This document shows, piece after piece, positions 24,837-37,100 of a stretch of DNA of 64,000 bases. This stretch comes from Eledone cirrhosa. Taxonomy: Eukaryota. The stretch covers positions 8,928,001 through 8,992,000 of the forward strand of contig OZ024745.1 in assembly GCA_964016885.1 (NCBI GenBank), given 5' to 3'. The notes beneath the pieces were generated by a model that was not told the origin of the DNA, did not search any database, and saw only the letters and a program-made list of their open reading frames with translations. The stretch's first letter is position 1, and each line of letters starts with the position of its first letter. The translations under genes and the position numbers were made by a program.

Positions 24837-27543
24837 TGGTAGATAAAGTAGAAGAGGCGATTAGGAGTGGCAGCGTAGCTAACGTGCTGGCGACAAGAAC
24901 GGCCTTGGACCAGTTCTTCGACGCAAAGCACGAAGGCTGCGTTGTCAGGAGTAAAACACATGCTCTAGGAAACGAGGGAGCCAAAGCTGTTAGCTAGTCC
25001 CGCGTAACAGAGGCGAAAAGTAGCAACAAGTCCACGATTCGGTCTTTGAAGGACCAAGATGGACGCGTGATACTTGTACCGGAGCAGATGTGCGCGGCCT
25101 TTCAGCGGCACTTTGCACAGCTGTTCGGGAGGGGTGACGCGCCGGGAGAGGCTATGGATTTCGGTCCCTACCTCGACGGCCTGCCGTGACTCTCGGACGG
25201 GGAGGCGAAGTTCTGCGAAAGGCCGATTTCGGCCGCTGAGATAGGGGACGCGCTGAGCCAATGCGGCAAACGCAAATCACCAGGTCTCGACGGTCTACCC
25301 TACGAATTTTACGTAGCAATGCCGGACTTGTTCTTCGGTCTCCTCGAAGCGGTCTACTGCAACTGGCAGCAGAACGGGAGAATTCCCAGTTCTGTGACCA
25401 AGGGCGTAGTCACGTTAGTCAGGAAGGACGAGAATAAGGGGGATGACATAGGTAACTTCAGGCCCATAACTCTGCTAAACCCAGAGTTACAGATTTTGGC
25501 CAAGGTGTTAGCAAAGAGGCTGGCGCTTGTCGTCGGGAACCTGGTGGGAGAAGCGCAGACATGCGCAATCCCGACCGGGTCCATACACGACAACCTCCAC
25601 CTCATGCGATACATCGTAGAGAGGGTAGGGTGTGAACCCGGCTTCGGTGGGGCCCTGATCAACTTGGATCAGTCTAAGGCGTTCGATAGGGTTGACCATC
25701 GTTACCTGAATGCGGTGCTCAAGGCGGCAGGCTTCGGAACCGTGTTCAGGGGCTGGATTGCTGCAATGCACAGCAACAACATCTGCTCAAGGGTCAAAGT
25801 GAATGGCTACCTCTCGGAGCTGTTCCATATCGCGCGATCCATCCGACAGGGATGCCCTCTCTCCTCCCTTCTGTACGTACTGACTCTCGAGCCACTACTG
25901 CGGAAGTTGGAGCTACTGCAAGGCGAAGAGCGGCGTCGGCCTACGCCGACGACGTAACAGTAATGGCGTCGAGCACCTCGCAAATCGGGGAGGTCGGCAA
26001 CTTACTGAAGGAATACGAAAGGTTCACAGGAGCGAAGCTGAACCGGGGAAAGTCCGTCGGTTTGCAAATCGGAACGTGGAGAGGAAAACCGATGCCTTCC
26101 GACGGCGTCGTCGGACGCTGGACGGAAGCACCGGTAAAGCTGCTCGGGGTCTGGTTCGGACCGGACCTCCAGGTAGAGAAAAACTGGAACGAGGTGACGG
26201 CCAAGGTGTTTGCGCTCGCCCAGAAGTGGGCCGAGTGCAAACTATCCCTGAAAGGTCGAACGGAGGTGGCGAACACTTTCATAGCGTCCGTCATCTACTA
26301 ACGCTTGACCGTCGTGCCTTGTCCAGGTAAAACGCTCGCCAAAATGGAGCGCGCGCTCTTCCAATTCCTTTGGAAGAAGCGGGCTCCTTTAGTGAGAAGG
26401 TCCATCTGCTGTCAACACCCTTCAAACAGAGGGCTGGGGATGCCGTGGTTGACGATGCGCAAACACGCGCTCAGGCTGCGGCACCTCCACGTGTTCCTCG
26501 CCGAACAACCGGTGTGGGCTCCGTTCGTGAGGCGAGCCTTCCCGCGACTCGTCTCGCTGACGGATCTACAGTCCTGGGTCAAGCAAAGACCAAGGAAAAT
26601 GGGCGACTGGCACATCGAATGTGCTCAGGCGCTCACAGTCCTCTGGCAAGCGGACCCGGGGATCAGTGCAGACTCCACCTCGTCATTCTATATAGGGTTG
26701 GTGCGCAGCAAGTTCCACGACACTCTCGAGGAAACTCTATACGTAGAGGAAGACGAACTGGCCAGTCTGTTCGGTAGGACCTTCCGCCCGGGACCGATGG
26801 ACAACTTCCAAAAGTACCTGGCCTGGCAGTGCTACCGAGGAGCTCTACCCGTTCGAGACAAGCTCTACAGACACGGACGCCCGGGCAGGGATCCCTCGAA
26901 AAAGATCTGTCCGAGATGCGTGCGAGACGAGGAAACCGTCGCGCACGCATTCGTACACTGCCCGGGCGTTACCGACCTGTGGAGCTACGCAGAACGGCTA
27001 CTGTCACGGGTGGGACAAATCCGGTTGACCATCGAGTCCATTATTACGATCAAACCGCCACCCTCCTTCAAAAACGAAGGAGAGGCGGTTTTCCTCTGTG
27101 TAATGGCTATGGTGAAAGAGGTTATATGTTGGACTAGGCTGAAAGGGCTGAGGTCAGACACCTTTCTCTCCGGCGTACAATTGGTTCGCTTCTTCAAATA
27201 TCAGAGTGGAGAGAGAAGGTCTGCACCCCAGCAAATTTGACGAAAGGTGGGTGAATGTGGCAAGAATGGCCCGAGTGGTTGGGCCTTCTCTCTATATAAA
27301 CCTGAGGTTGAGGAAAAAGAGGAAGAGAGGAAGGAAGCGCTCGCTCTTTGTGCTCCTGGAGATGAGGGTTGTACAGTTTTTCGGGGTGTGTACAACCCAT
27401 GTGTAACGCCTCCCGCTATTGGGGATTTCAATTGTTATTTGTTATTTATTTATTAGTTCTATTTTTATACGCTTGTATGTAAACTCCCCACTTTGTATTT
27501 GTATTTGTCCCCATCTTTTGTGCCCCTGTGGCAAATAAAGAAA
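24837..27543 (+). mobile_element. Tx1-clade LINE copy A (5'-truncated, multiple stops and frameshifts)
   Basis: ORF pieces homologous to 34343-37780: NFRPITLLN, DQSKAFD, RQGCPLS, YADD, CPRC..ETVAH...C. Ends GTGGCAAATAAAGAAA. Confidence 0.93.
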
Positions 27544-27566
27544 TATATCTATCTTCCTGTCTCTCT

Positions 27567-30500
27567 AACCCAAGTCCCACCCTCATGGAAATTGTGCAGC
27601 CCGTTACCCGGGACGCAGAGAGGTAAGTGCCTTTTCTCTTCACCACCAACATGGCTATGCTAAGAGTAGGCTGTCTAAATGCGCGTGGCCAGGGCTCAAC
27701 TTGGAAGCAAGCAATGCTTCTAAATGACCTCAGGTCACAACGTATAGTTATTTGCGAGGCCCGGATCAGCAACGTGCGACAGCTGGCCCCCACCTTTGAT
27801 GACTTTGAGATGCACGCATCTCTCTGTCAGCCCGGAGGTGGGGATGGGGTTGTCGTTCTGCTGCAAAAACATCTGGGTCTCGCAACAGACGGTACATTTG
27901 GACCCGGAGGGTCGACTAGTGGTTCTGGACCTTGGCAGTGGTGAAGGCGGAGCGTTTAGGTTGGTAGCCGTCTACGGCCCTTTCGGGTCAATGCGGCCGG
28001 ACTTCTTCCATCGTCTGGAGACTTTTCTAGGGACGTCCCGCTCCTTGCTATTAGTGGGGGACTGGAATGGTATCCTAGATGCACGTTGGGACTACGTAGG
28101 GGCCTGTCCCGATAGAGAGGGGTGTAATAGCCTCAAAGGGTTAATCGGTCGATTTGACCTGGCCGATAGATATCGACTAGATTTTCCGACTGCGCAAACC
28201 TGGACTTGGGAAAACCGCAGCGGATCATCTAGGTCGTACCTAGATAGGTTCTTAGTTAGAAATAAGGATAAGGACTTTTTAAGTTGTCCAAAAATGCGCA
28301 TGGTTGGCTATTCAGACCACAAGTTAGTGACCTGCATGGTCAACCTTGACAGAACGCATAGACAGGGACCCGGTTACTGGAAGCTCAACTTGTCCTTACC
28401 GGCAAGTAAGGATTACAGGGGCCGGATTAGCACTTTAGTTAAGGAGCGGTTGACGGGTGCCATCGTCAACAGCAGGTGGTGGGGATCTCTCAAAAGAGAG
28501 ATTAGAGTAGTCTCTATAGAATTTAGTAAGGAGTTAGCCTCAAATAGAAATAGGAAGGAAAGGGAGTTGGTAAATAGTACAGAAGAGGCAATTAGAAGCG
28601 GCGACGTGGCCAGAGTGCTAGCGTCGAGAACGGCACTGGGCCAGTTCTTCGACGCGAAACACGAAGGCTGCATCGTCCGAAGCAAAATACGTGCTCTGGG
28701 AAAAGAGGGGACTAAAGCTGTTAGCTGGGCCCGCGTGACAGAAGCCAAAATAGGGAGTAGATCCACTATCCGGTCTTTGCGAGACCAGGATGGACGGGTG
28801 ATCCTTGAATCTAAGCAGATGTGTGAAGCTTTGCAAAAGCATTTTGCCAGATTGTTCGGAAGTGGACTCTCGGACAGGGAGGCGAAGTCCTGCGAGGAGC
28901 CGATTTCAGCCGTTGAGATAGAGGACGTGCTGAGCCAATGCGGCAAACGCAAATCCCGGGTCTCGATGGTCTTCCATACGAACTATATCTAGCTATGCCA
29001 GACTTGTTCCCCGATCTCCTCGAGGCGGTCTACTGCAACTGGCAACAGAACGGGTGAATGTCCTGTGCTGTGACCAAGGGCATAGTCACGCTAGTGATGA
29101 AGGACGAGAACAAGGGGGACGATATAAATAATTTCAGGCCCATAACTCTGCTAAATACAGAGTTACAGATTTTGGCCAAGGTGTTAGCAAAGAGGCTGGC
29201 GCTTGTCGTCGGGAACCTGGTGGGAGAAGCGTCGGGAACCTGGTGGGATGCGGTGCTAGCGGCGGCAGGCTTCGGACCCGTTTTCAGGGGCTGGATCAAT
29301 GCCATGCACAGCAGCCGCATATGCTCTAGGATCAAGGTGAACGGCTACCTCTCGGAGCCGTTCGAAATCGCGTGGTCCATCCGACAAGGGTGCCCTCTCC
29401 TCCCATCTGTATGTAGTGACTCTGGAGCCACTGCTGCGGAAGTTGGAGTTGTTGCAGGGCATCCCGTTGGAACCGGGATTGCGGAAAGCTGTATCGGCCT
29501 ACGCCGATGACGTAACAGTAATGGTGTCGACGACCTCGGAAATCGGGGCGATCGGCACCTTACTGGAAGAGTACAAAAGGTTTACAGGGGCTAAGCTGAA
29601 CCGGGACAAGTCGATCGGTCTGCAACTCGGCACGTTGAGGGGCAAATCGATGCCCTCCGATGGGGTCGTCGGGCGCTGGACGGAGGGCCCGGTGAAGTTG
29701 CTCGGAGTCTGGTTCGGACCAGACCTCCAGGTGGAGAAGAACTGGGGTGAGGTAACGAACAGGGTGTTTTCACTGACCCAGAAGTGGGCCGAGTGCAAAC
29801 TGTCCCTGAAAGGTCGGGCGGAGGTGGCGAACACTTATATAGCGTCCGTCATCTACTACCGCATGACCGTCGTGCCTTGCCCAAGGAAAACGCTCGCCAA
29901 AATGGAGCGCGCACTCTTCCAATTCGTTTGGAAGAAGCGGGCTCCTATGGTGAGGAGATCCATCTGCTGTCAACACCCTTCGAAAGGAGGGCTGGGGATG
30001 CCGTGGCTAAAAATGCGTAAACACGCATTGAGGCTACGGCACCTCCAGGTATTCCTCACCGGTCATCCGGTGTGGGCCCCGTTTGTGAGGCGAACCTTCC
30101 CAGTCCTGGGTGAAGCAAAGACCGAGTAAACTGGGCACCTGGCACACCGAGTGTGCCCAGGCGCTCACGGCTCTCTGGCAGGCGGACCCGGCTATCGGTG
30201 GAGACTCCACCTCTTCATTCTATAGAGGGCTGGTGGTTAGCAGGTGCGACGACGCCCTCGGAGAAACCCTAGGCATGGAGGAGGACGATCTGGCCAGCCT
30301 ATTCGGTAGGACTTTCGGCCCGGGACCTATGGACAACTTCCAGAAGTCCTTGGCCTGGCAGTGCTACCGAGGGGCTCTGCCCATTCGGCATAAGCTCTAC
30401 AGACACGGGCGCCCGGGTAGGGACCCCTCGAAAAAGATCTGTCCCAGATGCGTGCGCGACGAGGAAACCCTCGCGCACGCATTGGTACACTGCCCGGGCG

Positions 30501-31090
30501 TTCCCGATCTGTGGGGCTATGTCGAAAAACTGCTGTCACGGGTGAGACCAATTAGGTTGACCACCGAGTCCATTGTAATAATCAAGCCGCCTCCCCCCCT
30601 TCAAAAATGAAGGAGAGGCGGTCTTCCTCTGTGTAATAGCCATGGTAAAAGAGGTTGTATGGTGGACGCGTCTAAAAGGGCTGAGGTCGGACACCTTTCT
30701 TTCCGGCCAACAACTGGTCCTTTTCTTCCGATACCATTTCGGAAGAAGGATCAGGATGGAGAGAGAGGTGCTCCACCCCAGCCAGTTTTATGAAAGGTGG
30801 GTGAAAGTTGCGAGAATGGCCCGTGTGAATGGGCCTTCTCTCTATATCAGCCTGTAGGTGGAAAAGGATGAAGGAAGAAGGGAGCACCCTCTCTTTGTGC
30901 TCCCGTACAGAAGAGTCGCACATTTTTTTTCGGGTGTGTGTGTGACCCAAAAACGATCCCTCCCTATTGAGGACCTTTTTGTTTTAATTTTATTTGTTAT
31001 TACATTTTTTTTTACTCGATTTATATGTAAACTCCCACCCCCCATGTATATGTCCCTTTCTTTTGTGCCCTCGTGGCAAATAAATAGAAA
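27567..31090 (+). mobile_element. Tx1-clade LINE copy B (ORF1 tail plus disrupted ORF2 with internal deletions)
   Basis: APE motifs (GCLNARG, GDWNG, SDHKLV), RT YADD and zinc knuckle. Frameshifts and deletions, e.g. near 28865, 29235 and 30100. Confidence 0.93.
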
Positions 31091-31092
31091 TT

Positions 31093-31917
31093 TATCTCTC
31101 TATCTCCCTATCTCTCTATCTCTCTATCTCCCTATCTCCCTATCTCCCTATCTCTCTATCTCCCTATCTCCCTATCTCCCTATCCCCCTATCTCTCTATC
31201 TCCCTATCTCCCTATTTCTCTATCTCCCTATCTCCCTATCTCCCTATCTCCCTATCTCTCTATCTCCCTATCTCCCTATCTCTCTATCTCCCTATCTCCC
31301 TATCTCCCTATCCCCCTATCTCTCTATCTCCCTATCTCTCTATCTCCCTATCTCCCTATCTCTCTATCGCCCTATCTCTCTATCTCCCCATCTCCCCATC
31401 TCCCTATCTCCCTATCCCCCTATCTCTCTATCTCCCTATCTCCCTATCTCTCTATCTCCTATCTCCCTATCTCTCTATTTCCCTATCTCCCTATCTCCCT
31501 ATCTCCCTATCCCCCTATCTCTCTATCTCCCTATCTCCCTATCTCCCTATCTCCCTATCTCTCTATCTCCCTATCTCCCTATCCCCCTATCTCTCTATCT
31601 CCCTATCTCCCTATCTCTCTATCTCCCTATCTCCCTATCTCCCTATCTCTCTATCTCCCTATCTCCCTATCCCCCTATCTCTCTATCGCCCTATCTCCCT
31701 ATCTCCCTATCTCCCTATCTCTCTATCTCCCTATCTCTCTATCTCTCTATCTCCCTATCTCCCTATCCCCCTATCTCCCTATCTCTCTATCTTCCTATCT
31801 CCCTATCTCTCTATCTCCCTATCTCTCTATCTCCCTATCTCCCTATCTCCCTATCCCCCTATCTCCCTATCTCTCTATCGCCCTATCTCTCTATCTCCCT
31901 ATCTCCCTATCTCTCTA
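31093..31917. repeat. (TATCTCCC/TATCTCTC)n tract; similar tracts at 24638-24836, 33617-34109 and 38045-38268
   Basis: Directly visible 8-bp periodic repeat separating the Tx1 copies. Confidence 0.95.
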
Positions 31918-33610
31918 TGTAATGACTCTAGAGCCACTGCTGCGGAAGTTGGAGTTGTTGCAGGGCATCCCGTTGGAACCCGGATTGCGGAAAGCGGTGT
32001 CGGCCTACGCCGACGACGTAACAGTAATGGTGTCTACGGCCTCGGAAATCGGGGCGATCGGCACCTTACTGGAGGAGTACGAAAGGTTTACAGGGGCTAA
32101 GCTGAACCGGGACAAGTCGATCGGTCTGCAACTCGGCACGTGGAGGGGCAGATCGATGCCCTCCGATGGCGTCGTCGGGCGCTGGACGGAGGGCCCAGTG
32201 AAATTGCTCGGGGTTTGGTTCGGACCAGACCTCCAGATGGAGAAGAACTGGGGTGAGGTAACGAACAGGGTGTTTGCACTGACCCAGAAGTGGGCCGAGT
32301 GCAAACTGTCCCTGAAAGTTCGGGCGGAGGTGGCGAACACTTATATAGCGTCCGTCATCTACTACCGCCTGACCGTTGTGCCTTGCCCAAGGGAAACGCT
32401 CGCCAAAATGGAGCGCGCACTCTTCCAATTCGTTTGGAAGAAGCGGGCTCCTATGGTGAGGAGATCCATCTGCTGTCAACACCCTTCCAAAGGAGGGCTG
32501 GGGATGCCGTGGCTAATGATACGTAAACACGCATTAAGGCTACGGCACCTCCAGGTATTCCTCTCCGGTCAACCGGTGTGGGCCCCGTTTGTGAGGCGAG
32601 CCTTTCCCAGACTCGTCTCACTCACCGAGCTGCAATCCTGGGTCAAGCAAAGACCGAGAAAACACGGCTCTCTGGCAGGCGGACCCGACTGTCAGTGGAG
32701 ACTCCACCTCGTCATTCTATAGAGGGCTGGTGGTTAGCAGGTGCGACGACGCCCTCGGAGAAGCCCTAGGCATGGAGGAAGACGAACTGGCCAACCTGTT
32801 CGGTAGGACATTCAGCCCGGGACCCATGGATAACTTCCAGAGGTCCCTGGCCTGGCAATGCTACAGAAGGGCTCTGCCCGTTCGAGAAAGGCTCTACAGA
32901 CACGGGCGCCCGGGTAGGGACCCCTCGAAAAAGATCTGTCCCAGATGCGTGTGCGACGAGGAAACCGTTGCACACGCATTGGTACACTGCTCGGGCATTG
33001 CTGATCTGTGGGGCTATGTCGAACAACTGCTGTCAAGGGTGGGACCGATCCGGTTGACCACCGAGTCTATTGTAACGATCAAGCCGCCTCCCCTCTTCAA
33101 AAACGAAGGAGAGGCGGTGTTTCTGTGCGTAATAGCCATGGTGAAAGAGGTTGTATGGTGGACGCGTCTGAAAGGACTGAGGTCAGACACCTTCCTCTCT
33201 GGCCAACAACTGGTCCGTTTCTTCCGATATCATTTCGGAAGAAGGATCAGGATGGAGAGAGAGGTGCTGCATCCCAGCCGTTTTTACGAAAGATGGTTGA
33301 AAGAATGGCCCGTGTGAATGGGCCTTTACTCTACATCAGACTATAGGTGAGGAAGATGAAAGACCAAGGGAGCACCCCTTCTCTGTGCTCCTGAGGAAAA
33401 GGGTTGCACACTTTTTTTCGGGGGGGAGGGGGTGTGACCCCCCAAGGGCCTCCTCTCTATTGAGGATTTTGTTATAAATTTTATTCTGTTATATTTTATT
33501 TTATTTTTATATTTTGTTATTGTCTCCTCCTTATTGAGGACGCCTTGTTTTGTAAACTCCCCCCATTGTACTTGTCCCACTTTTGATGCCCTGGTGGCAA
33601 ATAAAAGAAA
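31917..33610 (+). mobile_element. Tx1-clade LINE copy C (5'-truncated within RT)
   Basis: Starts at ..TLEPLLRKLE..YADD; small deletions near 32663 and 33300; same 3' UTR and terminus as copy D. Confidence 0.93.
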
Positions 33611-34110
33611 CGTATATATCTATCTCCCTATCTCTCTATCTCCCTATCTCTCTATCTCCCTATCTCCCTATCCCCCTATCTCTCTATCTCCCTATCTCCC
33701 TATCCCCCTATCTCTCTATCTCCCTATCTCCCTATCCCCCTATCTCCCTATCTCTCTATCTCCCTATCCCCCTATCTCTCTATCTCCCTATCTCCCTATC
33801 TCTCTATCTCCCTATCTCCCTATCCCCCTATCTCTCTATCTCCCTATCTCCCTATCCCCCTATCTCTCTATCTCCCTATCTCCCTATCCCCCTATCTCTC
33901 TATCTCCCTATCTCCCTATCTCTCTATCTCCCTATCTCCCTATCTCTCTATCTCCCTATCTTCCTATCTATCTATCTCTCTATCTCCCTATCTCCCTATC
34001 TCCCTATCTCCCTATCCCCCTATCATTCTATCTCCCTATCTCCCTATCTCTCTATCTCCCTATCTTCCTATCTATCTATCTCTCTATCTCCCTATCTTCC
34101 TATCTATCTT

Positions 34111-37100
34111 GGGCCCCCCCTGCGCCAAACCAATCAACCGCGTCCTCCTAAAAAATTTCACCCCCCCACCTCACCCAGACACCCACTCAACGACAAACAC
34201 CCCAACCCCACAACACACCGATGCCCCTTCACTTCCACAAACCACAACCCCACCCAACAACCCATCCCCAACCAGCATGGAAATTGAGCGGCCCGTTTCC
34301 CGGGACGCAGAGAGGTAAGTGCCTTTTCTCTTTACCACCAACATGGCTGTGCTAAGAGTAGGGTGTCTAAATGCGCGTGGCCTGGGCTCGTCTTGGAAGC
34401 AAGCAATGCTTCTAAATGACCTCAGGTCACAATCTATAAATGTGATGGTTATCTGCGAGGCCCGGATCAGCAGCATGCGACAGCTAGCCCCCACCTTTGA
34501 CGACTTTGAGATGCACGCATCTCTCTGTCAGCCCGGAGGTGGGGGTGGGGTTGTCGTTCTGCTGCAAAAACATATGGGCCTTGCAACACAGATAGTTCAC
34601 TTGGACCCAGGGGGTCGACTGGTGGTGCTGGACCTTGGCAGTGGTGAAGGTAGAGCCTTTAGGCTGATAGCCGCATATGCCCCTTTTGGGACAAAGCGGC
34701 CCGACTTTTTCCAGCGTCTGGAGTCTTTTCTAGGGACGTCCCGTTCCCTGCTTTTAGTGGGGGATTGGAATGGTATCCTGGATGCACGTTGGGACTATGC
34801 AGGGGCATGTCCCGATAGAGAGGGGTGCAACAGCCTCAAGGGGTTACTCGGCCGATTTGACCTGGCCGATAGATTTCGACTAGATTTTCCGACGGTGCCA
34901 ACCTGGTCTTGGTCAAATCGCAGCGGATCATCTAGATCGTACCTAGATAGATTTTTAGTTAGAAATAAGGACAGGGACTTTTTAAGTTGTCCAGAAATGC
35001 TCATGGTTGGCTATTCAGACCACAAGTTGGTGACCTGCATGGTCAACCTTGATAGAACGCATAGACAGGGCCCCGGTTACTGGAAGCTCAACTTGTCCTT
35101 GCCGGCAAGTAGAGCCTACAGGAATCGGATTAGTACGTTAGTTAAGGAACGGTTGACTGGAGCGATCGTCAACAGCAGGTGGTGGGTATCTCTAAAGAGA
35201 GAGATTAGAGTAGTCTCGATTGAATTTAGTAAGGTTCTAGCTGCGGATAGGAATAGGAAGGAAAGGGAGCTAATAGATAGAGTAGAAGAGGCAATTAGAA
35301 GCGGCGACGTGGCCAGAGTGCTAGCGTCGAGAACGGCTTTGAGCCAGTTTTTCGACGCGAAGCACGAAGGCTGCGTTGTCCGAAGTAAAATACGTGCTCT
35401 AGGGAACGAGGGGGCCAAAGCTGTTAGCTGGGCCCGCGTGACAGAGGCCAACAGTGGAACTAAATCCACCATCCGGTCTTTGCGAGACCTGGATGGACGG
35501 GCGATTCTTGAGCCTAAGCAGATGTGTGAGGCCTTTCAAAGGCACTTTGCCCGACTGTTCGGGAGGGGCGGGGAGCCGGTTGGAAACGTGGACTTCGGTC
35601 CATACCTCGACGGCCTGCCGCGCCTCTCGGACAGGGAGGCGAAGTCTTGCGAGGAGCCGATTTCGGCCGCTGAGATAGAGGACGTGCTGGGCCAATGCGG
35701 CAAACGCAAATCCCCGGGTCTCGATGGTCTTCCTTACGAATTATATCTAGCTATGCCGGACTTGTTCCCCGATCTCCTCGAGGCGGTCTACTGCAACTGG
35801 CAACAGAACGGGAGAATTCCCTGTACTGTGACCAAGGGCGTAGTCACGCTAGTGAGGAAGGACGAGAACAAGGGGGACGAAATAAGTAACTTCAGGCCCA
35901 TAACTCTGCTAAATACAGAGTTACAGATTTTGGCCAAGGTGCTAGCAAAGAGGTTGGCGCTTGTCGTGGGCAACCTGGTGGGAGATGCGCAGACATGCGC
36001 TATCCCGTCCAGGTCCATCCATGACAACCTCCACCTCATGCGATACATCATAGAGAGGGTTGGGAACGAACCCGGCTTTGGTGGGGCTCTGATCAACTTG
36101 GATCAATCTAAGGCGTTCGATGGGGTCGACCATGGTTACCTGGATGCGGTGCTAGCGGCGGCAGGCTTCGGACCCGTTTTCAGGGGCTGGATCACTGCTA
36201 TGCACAGCAGCCGCATCTGCTCTAGGGTCAAGGTGAACGGCTACCTCTCGGAGCCGTTCAAAATCGCGCGGTCCATCCGACAAGGGTGCCCTCTCTCCTC
36301 CCTTCTGTATGTGTTGACTCTCGAGCCACTACTGCGGAAGTTGGAGTTGTTGCAGGGCATCCCTTTGGAACCGGGATTGCGGAAAGCGGTGTCAGCCTAC
36401 GCCGATGATGTGACAGTAATGGTGTCGACGGCCTCCGAAATCGAGGCGGTCGGCACCTTACTGGAGGAGTACGAAAAGTTCACAGGGGCTAAGCTGAACC
36501 TGGACAAGTCGATCGGTTTGCAACTCGGCACGTGGAGGGGCAGACCGATGCCCTCCGATGGCGTCGTCGGACGCTGGACGGAGGGCCCGGTGAAGTTGCT
36601 CGGGGTCTGGTTCGGACCGGACCTCCAGGTGGAGAAAAACTGGGCGGAGGTTACGAACAGGGTGTTTGCACTGACCCAGAAGTGGGCCAGTTGCAAACTA
36701 TCCCTGAAAGGTCGGGCGGAGGTGGCGAACACTTATATAGCGTCCGTCATCTACTACCGCCTGACCGTAGTGCCCTGCCCAAGGGAAACCCTCACCAAGA
36801 TGGAGCGCGCGCTCTTCCAATTCCTTTGGAAGGGGCGGGCTCCTATGGTGAGGAGATCCATCTGCTGTCAACACCCTTCGAAAGGAGGGCTGGGGATGCC
36901 GTGGCTAATGATGCGTAAACACGCATTAAGGCTACGGCACCTCTACGTATTCCTCACCGGACAACCGGTGTGGGCCTCGTTTGTGAGACGAACCTTTCCC
37001 AGACTCGTCTCACTCACCGAGCTGCAATCCTGGGTCAAGCAAAGACCGAGAAAACTGGGCGCCTGGCACACTGAGTGTGCCCAGGCGCTCACCGCCCTCT

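Noticed and set aside
30858-31922. 354-aa ORF of LPISLSPY repeats (also 33534-34287 and 37918-38292)
   Set aside because: Read-through of the TATCTCCC repeat tract; no domain content.
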